A stretch of 64,000 nucleotides of DNA, taken from an uncultured Eubacteriales bacterium. Lineage in GTDB: Bacteria; Bacillota; Clostridia; Oscillospirales; CAG-272. The translations under genes were made by a program, and so were the position numbers. Under the pieces are notes generated by a model. It worked only from the letters and a program-made list of their open reading frames with translations. It ran no database searches and was not told where the DNA came from. Below are positions 11,942-20,918 of the stretch, in pieces. The stretch covers positions 55,386-119,385 of the forward strand of contig CAKSER010000001.1 of the NCBI GenBank assembly GCA_934447715.1, given 5' to 3'. The number at the start of each line of letters is the position of its first letter. Positions within the stretch are counted from its first letter, which is position 1.

Positions 11942-12673
11942 ATGGATTTCGAACGCAATTTGGCATATTTTGTAAAGAAATTTACACTCGGATATATTGG
12001 AATCGCCGTAACCGCAGTGCCGATTATGCTTCTTGTCGTACTCGACGGAGCTTTTTCGGGAGCATTCAGCGTAATTTTTACCGTTTTGATGATTGTTGCC
12101 GTTATAGCCGGCATAGTTCTTATGCTTAAGGGCTTCGGTAACAGATCCGATGAGGAGAACCTTGATATTCAGGTAAAATTCTTTACCAAGGATGCTGTTG
12201 AAACAGCACAGAAGAAGCTGCATGTCGGCGACTATATGCTCCGTCTTACCAAGTTCACATCCTTCGGCGGATATGACTTTAACGGACCGGAGGAGTTCTA
12301 TGCAAAAAGAGGCAAGGACAACAAGCTCCGTTCGACAATATATACAACGACCGAAATCCTCACATTCTCGGAGAGATTCTATGCCTATAAGTCAAGGCTT
12401 TCGCTTGTCGATCCGGATTATACCTATGAGGAATCCTATATAAAGACATATGACCAGATTAAATCCGCAGAGCTCAGGAATACCGAGTTCAAGTATGTTT
12501 CCCCGACAGCAAAGCCGGAGGAAAAGCCTGAGGACATTACAATTCACAATCTGGTTATCACCTTTACCGACGGTACGGAGCTTGTAGTTCCGACAGAGGA
12601 CAACATGGACGTTGAAAACGTAATCAAGAGTGTTCAGCAGTTCAAGAGACGTATGTCGGAGGCGCAGAACTAA
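11942..12673 (+). CDS. Hypothetical membrane protein (2 TM plus a soluble C-terminal domain)
   Basis: 243 aa with two N-terminal hydrophobic helices. It has its own promoter and terminator. No family recognised. Confidence 0.6.
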   Translation: MDFERNLAYFVKKFTLGYIGIAVTAVPIMLLVVLDGAFSGAFSVIFTVLMIVAVIAGIVLMLKGFGNRSDEENLDIQVKFFTKDAVETAQKKLHVGDYMLRLTKFTSFGGYDFNGPEEFYAKRGKDNKLRSTIYTTTEILTFSERFYAYKSRLSLVDPDYTYEESYIKTYDQIKSAELRNTEFKYVSPTAKPEEKPEDITIHNLVITFTDGTELVVPTEDNMDVENVIKSVQQFKRRMSEAQN

Positions 12674-12735
12674 GCGCCTGAGACTTGTATGGGTTTCCCC
12701 AAATAACAGCATGGCATGCTTATAAAAAACAATAT

Positions 12736-12770
12736 AAAATCCCGACAGATGTAAACCTGTCGGGATTTTT
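12736..12770. terminator. Bidirectional rho-independent terminator between convergent genes
   Basis: A 13-bp stem, AAAATCCCGACAG/CTGTCGGGATTTT, with an A-run on one side and a T-run on the other. Confidence 0.7.
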
Positions 12771-12829
12771 GCACTTTGTGGGGGTGTATGATTTGGTGGC
12801 TTTGCGCTGCTGTGATTTGAATTTGAACC

Positions 12830-13135
12830 TTATGATTTGCTCTTTGCTTCTTCTTCGGTTTTGATAAACTGCGAATATCCGCTGCCGTACTGAACGCATC
12901 TTGAAACACGGCTTAAGGTTGCGGAGGAAATCTCTGTTTCGTTAATGACCTGCTGATATGTTTTTCCCTCCATCAGCAGCCTTGCCGCACGGATGCGCTG
13001 TGCCATGTTTTCTACCTCCTTGCGTGTGCATAGGTCCTCGAAAAGTACGCGGCAGTCCTCTGAGGTTTTAAGAGAAAGTATAACCTCATAAAGCTCTTCG
13101 ATCATTTCTTCCGTTGCTTTTTTTTCAGTGTTCAT
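12830..13135 (-). CDS. YerC/YecD-like TrpR-family DNA-binding protein
   Basis: About 101 aa. The sequence [50 protein letters not shown] matches the YerC/YecD pattern. Start taken at MNTEKK. Confidence 0.75.
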   Translation of the reverse strand: MNTEKKATEEMIEELYEVILSLKTSEDCRVLFEDLCTRKEVENMAQRIRAARLLMEGKTYQQVINETEISSATLSRVSRCVQYGSGYSQFIKTEEEAKSKS

Positions 13136-13949
13136 CTTCGTCACCCTGTCCGATCCTTTCAAGAGATTTTGAGAGAAATGCCTTTGTTTTCTGCGATTTC
13201 GGATTGTCAAATACTTCCTTCGGTGTGCCTTCCTCCTCGATAACACCGTCCGACAGGAAGATGACCTTGTCCGCTACGCTTTTTGCAAATTCCATTTCGT
13301 GGGTTACAACGATCATTGTACGTCCGCCGTCACGGAGCTTTTTTATAACCTTCAGAACCTCTCCGGTAAGCTCGGGGTCGAGAGCGGAGGTCGGCTCGTC
13401 AAAGCAGAGGATTGCCGGCTTCATTGCAAGCGCGCGCGCAATTGCCACACGCTGCTGCTGACCGCCGGAAAGCTGGCACGGATAAAAATCCGCCCTTTCC
13501 GAAAGTCCGACCTTATAAATCAGCTCTTTCGCTTCCGAATCGATTGCATCGTATGCGGATTTTTTGTCCTTATATTTGCTCGTCCCTTTTTTTCTGCACT
13601 CGTCCTCGGCAAGCTTCGGTGCGAGCGTTACGTTTTCGAGCACCGTGTACTGCGGAAATAGATTGAAGGACTGAAAAACAAGTCCGAAATTGAGGCGTCT
13701 TGCGCGGATTTCGCTCTCGCTTATTCTTCCTTGCTCGGATGAATCGAAAACTGCTTTTCCGTCAACAGAAATAGACCCGACATCGGGTGTTTCAAGAGAG
13801 GTAATGCAGCGCAAAAGCGTGGTTTTTCCGCTTCCGGAGGAGCCGATGATTGCCAGCACCTTGCCGTACTCAAGCGAAAAATCAATTCCGCGGAGTACCT
13901 CTGAGTTTTCAAAATTCTTTTTCAGGCCTTTAACTTCTAAAAATGCCAT
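13125..13949 (-). CDS. Polar amino-acid ABC transporter ATP-binding protein
   Basis: Walker [10 protein letters not shown], signature [15 protein letters not shown], and Walker [13 protein letters not shown]. Confidence 0.9.
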   Translation of the reverse strand: MAFLEVKGLKKNFENSEVLRGIDFSLEYGKVLAIIGSSGSGKTTLLRCITSLETPDVGSISVDGKAVFDSSEQGRISESEIRARRLNFGLVFQSFNLFPQYTVLENVTLAPKLAEDECRKKGTSKYKDKKSAYDAIDSEAKELIYKVGLSERADFYPCQLSGGQQQRVAIARALAMKPAILCFDEPTSALDPELTGEVLKVIKKLRDGGRTMIVVTHEMEFAKSVADKVIFLSDGVIEEEGTPKEVFDNPKSQKTKAFLSKSLERIGQGDEDEH

Positions 13950-14028
13950 GTGTCCCCCAATTGTTTCACAGATTTATGTATAAGGATTTGTATGCGATCA
14001 ATTTGCAGGCTTATTATCGTCTGTTTTT

Positions 14029-14739
14029 TCAGATCTTGAAATAATCAAGCTTCTTTTCAACCTTGTTTAAAAGGACGGTCAAAAGACCTACAAAGGCAAG
14101 GTAGAATATCGCGGTATAGAAAAGCGGCCATATCAGCGCCTTGGTTGCAGCCATGTCGCGCGCACGCTTGATGATTTCCGGGATTGCGATTACATTTGCA
14201 AGCGCCGTGTCCTTTACAAGCGTGATGATCTCGTTCGACATCGGCGGAACGATTCTTTTGATTACCTGCTTTAAAATTACCTTGCGGAATATCTGCGATT
14301 TTGTCATTCCGAGAACCTGACCTGCCTCATACTGACCGCGCGAAATGCTTTCGATTCCTCCGCGGTAGATTTCCGAAAAATAGCAGGCGTAGTTGATGAC
14401 AAAGGCGATCAGAACCGCAAGGAAGCTTCCGTAATAAAGAAGCGTCTGGCTTCCGCTCTGAAAGGTGAAATACCGGTCGATCTTGTCAAAAACATTGATC
14501 CCGTTAGAACCGAGAATCCCCGGCAGATAGTAGATCATGCAGATAAAGAGCATCAGCGGAATTCCGCGGATGATCCATACAAATATTTTGCTGAAGAATT
14601 TAAGCGGCTTAAAGCTGCTCATCGAGCAGAACGCGATTAAAAGTCCCAGCGGTATTGCAAAAATCAGCGTCAGGGCAAAGAGAAGCGCCGAGATGCCAAA
14701 GCCTCTTAAAAGCTCAAGGGTAATGTTCCAAAATGACAT
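14029..14739 (-). CDS. Amino-acid ABC transporter permease
   Basis: HisM/GlnP-type permease with the EAA-like region (YEAGQVLGMTKSQIFRKVILKQ). The start is uncertain: ATG at 14739 or GTG at 14811. Confidence 0.85.
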   Translation of the reverse strand: MSFWNITLELLRGFGISALLFALTLIFAIPLGLLIAFCSMSSFKPLKFFSKIFVWIIRGIPLMLFICMIYYLPGILGSNGINVFDKIDRYFTFQSGSQTLLYYGSFLAVLIAFVINYACYFSEIYRGGIESISRGQYEAGQVLGMTKSQIFRKVILKQVIKRIVPPMSNEIITLVKDTALANVIAIPEIIKRARDMAATKALIWPLFYTAIFYLAFVGLLTVLLNKVEKKLDYFKI

Positions 14740-14862
14740 AAAAGCTATCCGTTTCTTTTTTATTTTATGAGTTGATAAAGCGTCCGGTTTCCATGAAAAG
14801 AGGGCAGACACCGTTTTTTTGGTATCTGCCGCGGTACTCTTTTCCGCTCTTTGGATTATTTT

Positions 14863-15666
14863 TTATTTCTGGTCGGAAAAATCTGTAATTGCAGTGTTTG
14901 AAAGGCCGTACTTTTCGGCAAGCTTTGCAATCGTTCCGTCGGCTGCAAGCTCTTCTAATGCTCCGTTTACCTTTGCTGTAAGCTCGCTTCCTTTCTTAAA
15001 GCCGATTGCGTAATATTCTGCATCGCCGGATACGGAATCGACCTTTGCAAGAGAAGCATAGTCTCCTTTGCCGACATATGCGTTTGCAAGCTGCTCGTCG
15101 ACAACAACGAAGTCAACGTTTCCGAGCGCCAGCTCCTTTAATGCATCAAGCTGTGATGCGTTGTCCTTCTTTACGCAGCCTTCAAAGCTGTCAAGGTAGT
15201 CATATCCGGCAGAGCCTACCTCTGCAGAGCCGACCTTGCCGCTGAAGGATGACTTGTCGGTTACCGTCTTTGCAAAATCGGCGGTTGTTACGACAGCCTG
15301 CTTGTTTAACATGTAGTTGTAGGAAAAATCAACCTTTTCGCTTCTTGCAATGCCGTCGTCATCTGCGGTGTTTGCCGTGAAGCCGTTCCAGAGACAGTCA
15401 ACCGTTCCTGCATTCAGGTTGAGGTATTTGTCCTTCCATTCGATCTCCTTGAAAACGACATCGTAGTTGAGCTTTGCGAAAACCGCTTCTGCAAGCTCGG
15501 TGTCAAATCCGATGAGCTTTCCTGATTCGTCCTTGTAGTTCATCGGCTCGTAGATGGTGTAGCCGATGATAACCGAGTTCTTTTTGTTGTCCGAGCATCC
15601 GGCAAACGGGATTGCAAGTGCAGCAAGCATTACGCATGCTAAAATGAGAGTGAGAGTTTTTTTCAT
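14863..15666 (-). CDS. Amino-acid ABC transporter substrate-binding lipoprotein
   Basis: Signal peptide with the lipobox FAGC; family-3 solute-binding features (DTELAEAV, WNGFTA). Confidence 0.85.
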   Translation of the reverse strand: MKKTLTLILACVMLAALAIPFAGCSDNKKNSVIIGYTIYEPMNYKDESGKLIGFDTELAEAVFAKLNYDVVFKEIEWKDKYLNLNAGTVDCLWNGFTANTADDDGIARSEKVDFSYNYMLNKQAVVTTADFAKTVTDKSSFSGKVGSAEVGSAGYDYLDSFEGCVKKDNASQLDALKELALGNVDFVVVDEQLANAYVGKGDYASLAKVDSVSGDAEYYAIGFKKGSELTAKVNGALEELAADGTIAKLAEKYGLSNTAITDFSDQK

Positions 15667-16237
15667 GATAAATAGCCTCCGTAGATAGATTGGAATTTGC
15701 AGCAGCTACGGAAAGCGAATATACCGTAGAGCTTGTTTATGGGCATATTATACTTCATCTCGCTAAAGTTGTAAAGAGGTTTTTTGAAAAAAATTAATTT
15801 TTTCTCGCGTTTTGTAGGAATGCATAATTGCGGTCTTTAAAAATTCGGTTTCTTACTGCATTTTGCATTATGAAATCGGGGGGTTTTTAGAAACTCCGGG
15901 AATATCGGGCTTAGGGTCGGGGAATAAAGGAAAAAAAGGCAATATGAGAACATTAATTGTAGGGTTATAAAGTAATATTTTGTGAGATAAAATGTCGGGT
16001 TTTCAAAAAAAGTAGAATTTAAACTACGTATAAGACGGTGTTGTACATGTTTTGGAATTGAAAAGTATTGAAATCAAATATTTTCTCGTGAGATAAAGAA
16101 AATGCAGAAATTGAATTCCAACATATTAACAACATGGTATGATGTTGTTGCAGATAGGCGTGGATTGCCAAGCAAAAAATAGTACAGCGTATAAGGTTGT
16201 ATAAATTAAAGAAAAGAATAAAATATCTTTTTTACTC

Positions 16238-16266
16238 TTGAAATCGGCAATAATATAGGGTACAAT
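16238..16266 (+). promoter_or_regulatory. Putative promoter of the mrp-like gene
   Basis: TTGAAA (16238-43), a 17-nt spacer, then TACAAT (16261-66). Confidence 0.4.
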
Positions 16267-16325
16267 AATATGAATGCTTTAAAAATGGTAAAAATGAAAA
16301 GTATAAAGCGGATAGGAGATATAAA

Positions 16326-17153
16326 ATGAGCGAAGAATGCACGCATGATTGCTCCAGCTGCTCGGCAAGCTGCTCGTCTAAGCAGAGCTTGATTGAAAAG
16401 CTGAATGCTAAAAGCACGGTACGCAAGGTAGTCGGAATCGTAAGCGGCAAAGGCGGAGTCGGCAAATCGATGGTCACATCGATGCTCTCGGTGCTTATGA
16501 GCCGTAAGGATAAAAGTGTAGGAATTCTCGATGCTGATATTACCGGTCCTTCGATTCCGAAGATTTTCGGTCTTCACGAGAAGGTCGGCGCAACTGAGGA
16601 CGGAATTATTCCGGCACAGACAAAAACCGGAATTAAGGTAATGAGCATTAACCTAATTCTCGAGGACGAAAGCTCTCCTGTAATCTGGAGAGGTCCGGTA
16701 ATTGCCGGAACCGTCAAGCAGTTCTGGTCGGATGTCGTCTGGGATGATGTAGACTATATGTTCGTCGATATGCCTCCCGGAACAGGCGATGTTCCGCTGA
16801 CTGTGTTCCAGTCTCTTCCGGTTGACGGAATTATAATTGTTACAAGTCCGCAGGAGCTTGTTTCGATGATCGTTTCCAAGGCTGTCGGTATGGCAGAGCT
16901 TATGAATGTTCCGGTTCTCGGAATTGTGGAGAACATGAGCTATCTTCAGTGCCCCGACTGCGGCAAGAGAATCGAAGTGTTCGGCAAGTCTACAATAGAT
17001 AAGGTAGCAAGCGAGCACGGTCTTGAGGTTATTGCAAGGGTTCCGATCGATCCGGAGGTTGCATCAAAGTGCGACTCGGGAGAGCTTGAGGATATCAATG
17101 TAAGCTATCTTGACGATGCGGTCAAGACAATTGAGGAAAAGCTTCCTCTTTAA
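16326..17153 (+). CDS. Mrp/NBP35/ApbC-family Fe-S cluster carrier ATPase
   Basis: Deviant Walker A GKGGVGKS, CPDC near the C-terminus, and a Cys-rich N-terminus CTHDCSSCSASC. Confidence 0.9.
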   Translation: MSEECTHDCSSCSASCSSKQSLIEKLNAKSTVRKVVGIVSGKGGVGKSMVTSMLSVLMSRKDKSVGILDADITGPSIPKIFGLHEKVGATEDGIIPAQTKTGIKVMSINLILEDESSPVIWRGPVIAGTVKQFWSDVVWDDVDYMFVDMPPGTGDVPLTVFQSLPVDGIIIVTSPQELVSMIVSKAVGMAELMNVPVLGIVENMSYLQCPDCGKRIEVFGKSTIDKVASEHGLEVIARVPIDPEVASKCDSGELEDINVSYLDDAVKTIEEKLPL

Positions 17154-17244
17154 TCTGTACAGGTTATCCTATGGCATATTGACTTTCGTCAAGAGTGTTT
17201 TTTGGTGTTTATCGAATGTTTTTTTAAAAAAATTCAATTACCTA

Positions 17245-17273
17245 TTGCAATTTTGAAAAAAACATGATAAAAT
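17245..17273 (+). promoter_or_regulatory. Promoter of rpmE
   Basis: TTGCAA (17245-50), a 17-nt spacer, then the extended -10 TGATAAAAT. Confidence 0.55.
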
Positions 17274-17313
17274 ATGACGAGTATTGAAAACGTTAGCAAA
17301 AGGAGTGTAAGCA

Positions 17314-17523
17314 ATGAAGGAAGGTATTCATCCTGATTACAAGCAGGTGACCGTCAGATGCGCATGCGGTGAAGAATTTGTCACCGGTTCTACCAAGGAC
17401 AGTATCAAGGTTGATATTTGTTCGAAGTGCCATCCGTTCTTCACGGGAAAGCAGAAGTTTGTCGACAGCGGCGGACGCGTAGATAAGTTTAAGAAGCGTA
17501 TTGAAGCTGCAAATAGAAAATAA
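17314..17523 (+). CDS. rpmE: 50S ribosomal protein L31 (Zn-ribbon type A)
   Basis: MKEGIHPDY start, with CxC...[10 protein letters not shown] cysteines. Confidence 0.95.
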   Translation: MKEGIHPDYKQVTVRCACGEEFVTGSTKDSIKVDICSKCHPFFTGKQKFVDSGGRVDKFKKRIEAANRK

Positions 17524-17542
17524 TTATTTTTGCATGGCGCGC

Positions 17543-17596
17543 AAGGGTAAGACAGTCACGGAAAAAACGTGGATTGCCTTACCCTGTTTTGCTTTT
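17543..17596 (+). terminator. Rho-independent terminator after rpmE
   Basis: Stem AGGGTAAG/CTTACCCT enclosing an inner CACG/CGTG hairpin, followed by GTTTTGCTTTT. Confidence 0.65.
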
Positions 17597-17795
17597 CCCG
17601 GGCTGAGGATATCATCAGTATGGTACGGGAGCATCCGGCATCTTTATACGGCAGCAGGGCGCACAGCCTGAAAAGCGGCTCGGCTGCAGATTAATGCAAA
17701 ACAGTTTACAACAGCAAAACAGCAAATAAAAAAAGAAAGGGAGTCTGACAGATTGAGGCTTTTTCAATCTGCAAAGGACCGCGGTAGAAAAATAT

Positions 17796-19121
17796 ATGGA
17801 TAAACAGCTAGATTCTGTTTCCGGAGGCGTAAGGGCGGCAGTTGTCAGTCTTGTAAAAAGAGATGACGATCCTGCGGCGGTAGAGGCCTCGCTTGACGAG
17901 CTTGAAAGACTGCTTGAAACTGCCGGGGCAGAGGCGGTTATCAGGCTTGTTCAGAACAAGGAAACACCGGATGCAAGAACATATCTCGGAAGCGGAAAGA
18001 TAAAGGAGCTGCAAAGCACATGCCGGGATTTCGGAGTGCAGCTTGTGGTGTTTGATACCGAGCTTTCGCCCTCTCAGATAAAGAATGCGGAGGATGAGCT
18101 TTCAAAGGACAATCCGGAGCTGCGCGTAATCGACAGATCGATGCTGATTCTGGATATTTTCGCAATTCACGCCACCACATCAGAGGGAAAGCTGCAGGTC
18201 GAGCTTGCTCAGCTGAAATATACCGCGCCGAGGCTTATCGGAAAGGGTATTTCCATGTCGAGGCAGCAGGGCGGAAACATTGCAATGCGAGGACCCGGAG
18301 AAACCAAGCTCGAAACCGACAGAAGGCATATCAGAAGGAGAATGCAGGCTCTTGAGCAGGAGCTGAAAACGGTTGAGGAGCAGAGGCTGACGCAGAGAAA
18401 GCAGAGGGACAAGTCGGGAATAACAAAGGTGGCGATTGTCGGATATACAAACGCAGGCAAATCCACACTGTTAAACAGACTTACCGATGCCGGAATACTT
18501 GCGGAGGATAAGCTTTTTGCAACGCTTGATCCGACGACCAGAAAATACACTCTTCCGGACGGAAACGAAATATTACTCATCGACACTGTCGGCTTTATAA
18601 GAAATCTTCCGCACCACCTTATAAAGGCGTTCAAAACCACGCTTGACGAGGTTGTATATGCCGATATCATTATTGCGATGACAGATGCCTCCGACAGGGA
18701 GGCTGCGGCTCAGCTTGAGGTTACCGATGGACTTTTAAATGACCTCGGCGCAACCGGGAAGCCGGTTATATATGTTTACAACAAATGCGATAGAGAGACC
18801 GACTTTGTTCCGTGCGTTGTTTCTCTCGGATCGAACGAAAATGTATTTTTTATCTCTGCAAGGACCGGAAAGAACGTAAATGCCTTGGTCGATCGGATAA
18901 TGCAGATTATTAATGAAAGAACGTGCGAGGTCGTTTTTGATCTGCATGTTTCCGAGCAGGGAGTGCTTAACAGGATGTATCGCTTTGCAAAGGTTGTCGA
19001 TGTTAGCTATGAGGGCGACAGGATCAAGGTAAAGGCGATCTGTGACGGAAAAGCAAAGGGAATGTTTCGCGAATGGATCGATAAAAAAGCTGCAGAAGAC
19101 GGAAACGGCGAAGATGAATGA
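17796..19121 (+). CDS. hflX: GTPase HflX
   Basis: HflX N-domain followed by G1 GYTNAGKST, G3 DTVGF, and NKCD. Confidence 0.9.
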   Translation: MDKQLDSVSGGVRAAVVSLVKRDDDPAAVEASLDELERLLETAGAEAVIRLVQNKETPDARTYLGSGKIKELQSTCRDFGVQLVVFDTELSPSQIKNAEDELSKDNPELRVIDRSMLILDIFAIHATTSEGKLQVELAQLKYTAPRLIGKGISMSRQQGGNIAMRGPGETKLETDRRHIRRRMQALEQELKTVEEQRLTQRKQRDKSGITKVAIVGYTNAGKSTLLNRLTDAGILAEDKLFATLDPTTRKYTLPDGNEILLIDTVGFIRNLPHHLIKAFKTTLDEVVYADIIIAMTDASDREAAAQLEVTDGLLNDLGATGKPVIYVYNKCDRETDFVPCVVSLGSNENVFFISARTGKNVNALVDRIMQIINERTCEVVFDLHVSEQGVLNRMYRFAKVVDVSYEGDRIKVKAICDGKAKGMFREWIDKKAAEDGNGEDE

Positions 19122-19137
19122 AGATAAATGAAAACAA

Positions 19138-19782
19138 ATGAAGATGAATGACGAAAAGGGCATGATAAGAAAGGTGACGCTTGCAAAGGAAGCAAGCGCC
19201 GAAATGACCGAGAAGAAATCGGTTTTTATCGGTCATGCAAAGCCGATAGGAAGCGAGGAAGAGGCGCTTGAGTTTATCAAGGCGAAAAAGAAGGAATTTT
19301 CGGATGCTACTCACAATGTCTTTGCATATGTTTTAAACGGAGGCGTGACTGCAAAGTATTCGGATGACGGAGAGCCGCAGGGCACTGCCGGAATGCCGGT
19401 TCTGGACGTGATAAGAAAAAGCGGAATCGATGATGCAGTCGTTGTTGTAACGAGATATTTCGGCGGAATTCTTCTCGGTGCCGGAGGGCTTGTCAGGGCA
19501 TACTCCGCCTCTGCAAAACTTGCACTCGACACGGCAGGGATCACCGTATTTGAGTATTATGACGAGTTTGAAATCAGATGCGGCTACTCGGATTATCAGA
19601 GGATAAAAAACGAGCTTCCTGCATTCGGCGTGAAAACCGACAGCTCGGCATTTGAAGGCGAGGTCACCCTTAAAATCGCAGTAAGACAGGACAGAAGCGA
19701 CAGTCTGATTTTAAAAATCACCGAGCTTACCGCCGCAAGAGCGGTAATAAACAAGCTCGGAGAGCGGTTTGATCACGATTGA
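19138..19782 (+). CDS. YigZ/IMPACT-family protein
   Basis: KKSVFIGHAKPI...ATHNVFAY...DDGEPQGTAGMP is the UPF0029 signature. Confidence 0.8.
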   Translation: MKMNDEKGMIRKVTLAKEASAEMTEKKSVFIGHAKPIGSEEEALEFIKAKKKEFSDATHNVFAYVLNGGVTAKYSDDGEPQGTAGMPVLDVIRKSGIDDAVVVVTRYFGGILLGAGGLVRAYSASAKLALDTAGITVFEYYDEFEIRCGYSDYQRIKNELPAFGVKTDSSAFEGEVTLKIAVRQDRSDSLILKITELTAARAVINKLGERFDHD

Positions 19783-19922
19783 CACGCATTTTTGCTGTCG
19801 GGAAATAATTGTTTACAAAATATTTATATATAACGAGAGGAAAACAGATTTTTTTTGCGTATCCTATAAATTGAGTATGAATGTCGTCGAAACGGGAAGC
19901 CGAAAAGAGAAGGAGAAGGAAA

Positions 19923-20918
19923 ATGGGCAGTGTTTGCGATTTTATTTATGAAAATGAGAAGAACAATCTGTCAAGATATGCCTTCCACACAGTCGACACA
20001 AAGGGAAGACTGGAGCCGATTACGCCGGATGACCTAAGAGGCGAATTTCAAAGAGACAGAGACAGAATAATCCACTCAAAGGCATTCAGGAGACTGATGC
20101 ACAAGACGCAGGTGTTTCTTGCACCGGAGGCGGATCATTACAGAACGCGCCTCACCCACACGCTTGAGGTGTCGCAGGTAGCAAGGTCTATTGCAAGGGC
20201 TTTGCGCTTAAACGAGGACCTTTGCGAGGCAATCGCGCTCGGTCACGACCTTGGGCACACCCCGTTCGGACACGCAGGGGAAAGAATGCTTCAAAGGCAC
20301 TACGACCCGGGCTTTTCGCATTACGCACAGAGCATCCGTGTTGTGGAAAAGATCGAAAATCTCAACCTTACATATGAGGTAAAGGAAGGAATTTTCAAGC
20401 ACACATTAGGCGGCTCCGAAACGCTGGAGGGTCAGATTATCTACGAGTCGGATCATATAGCATACATAAATCACGATATAGACGATGCGGTAAGAGCCGG
20501 GGTTATCTGCAACGAGGATATTCCGAGGGCGCTGCGCAACGGACTCGGCTATTCGCACGGAAAAAGAATAGATACAATGGTCAGGGCGATCGTTTCGGAA
20601 AGCTATGACAAGCCGTATATAAAAATGGAGCAGGAGGTCAGGGAGATGACCGATGAGCTTCACAAGTTCCTTTATGCAAGCGTATATACAAATCCGGTTG
20701 CAAAGAGTCAGGAATCGAAGGCGGAAGCTATGCTTATGCAGCTGTTTGATTATTTTACCGATCATCCGGAGCAGATGCCGCAAAGCTATTATTCGATCCT
20801 TGAGGAAGGAAACGAATCGGTTAAAAGGGTTGTCTGCGACTATATTTCCGGAATGACCGACAGGCACGCAATCAGCACCTTTACAAGGCTTTTCGTGCCG
20901 GAGGGCTGGCGAGGATGA
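19923..20918 (+). CDS. dgt: dGTPase-like HD-domain triphosphohydrolase (short form)
   Basis: FQRDRDRIIHSKAFRRL, RLTHTLEV and GHDLGHTPFGH. Start moved to the ATG after AGGAGAAGGA. Confidence 0.85.
   Translation: MGSVCDFIYENEKNNLSRYAFHTVDTKGRLEPITPDDLRGEFQRDRDRIIHSKAFRRLMHKTQVFLAPEADHYRTRLTHTLEVSQVARSIARALRLNEDLCEAIALGHDLGHTPFGHAGERMLQRHYDPGFSHYAQSIRVVEKIENLNLTYEVKEGIFKHTLGGSETLEGQIIYESDHIAYINHDIDDAVRAGVICNEDIPRALRNGLGYSHGKRIDTMVRAIVSESYDKPYIKMEQEVREMTDELHKFLYASVYTNPVAKSQESKAEAMLMQLFDYFTDHPEQMPQSYYSILEEGNESVKRVVCDYISGMTDRHAISTFTRLFVPEGWRG

Noticed and set aside
15679-15729. Three copies of the hexamer pair CCGTAG/CTACGG in the leader of the amino-acid ABC operon. These could form two mutually exclusive hairpins next to the SD.
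   Set aside because: The stems are only 6 bp, there is no terminator T-run, and the SD is not actually sequestered. This is too weak to call a regulatory switch without comparative data.
15971-16104. Direct repeat AATATTTT..GTGAGATAAA..AATG at 15971-94 and 16076-104 in the AT-rich intergenic region.
   Set aside because: The similarity is short, gapped and low-complexity in roughly 30 percent GC DNA, so it could easily be chance. It is noted only as a possible regulator site.
16206-16577. Minus-strand ORFs 16206..16577 and 16232..16477 overlapping the mrp-like gene start, and 52241..52729 overlapping the miaA start.
   Set aside because: Each overlaps a strongly supported plus-strand gene and its promoter, with no SD and no motifs.
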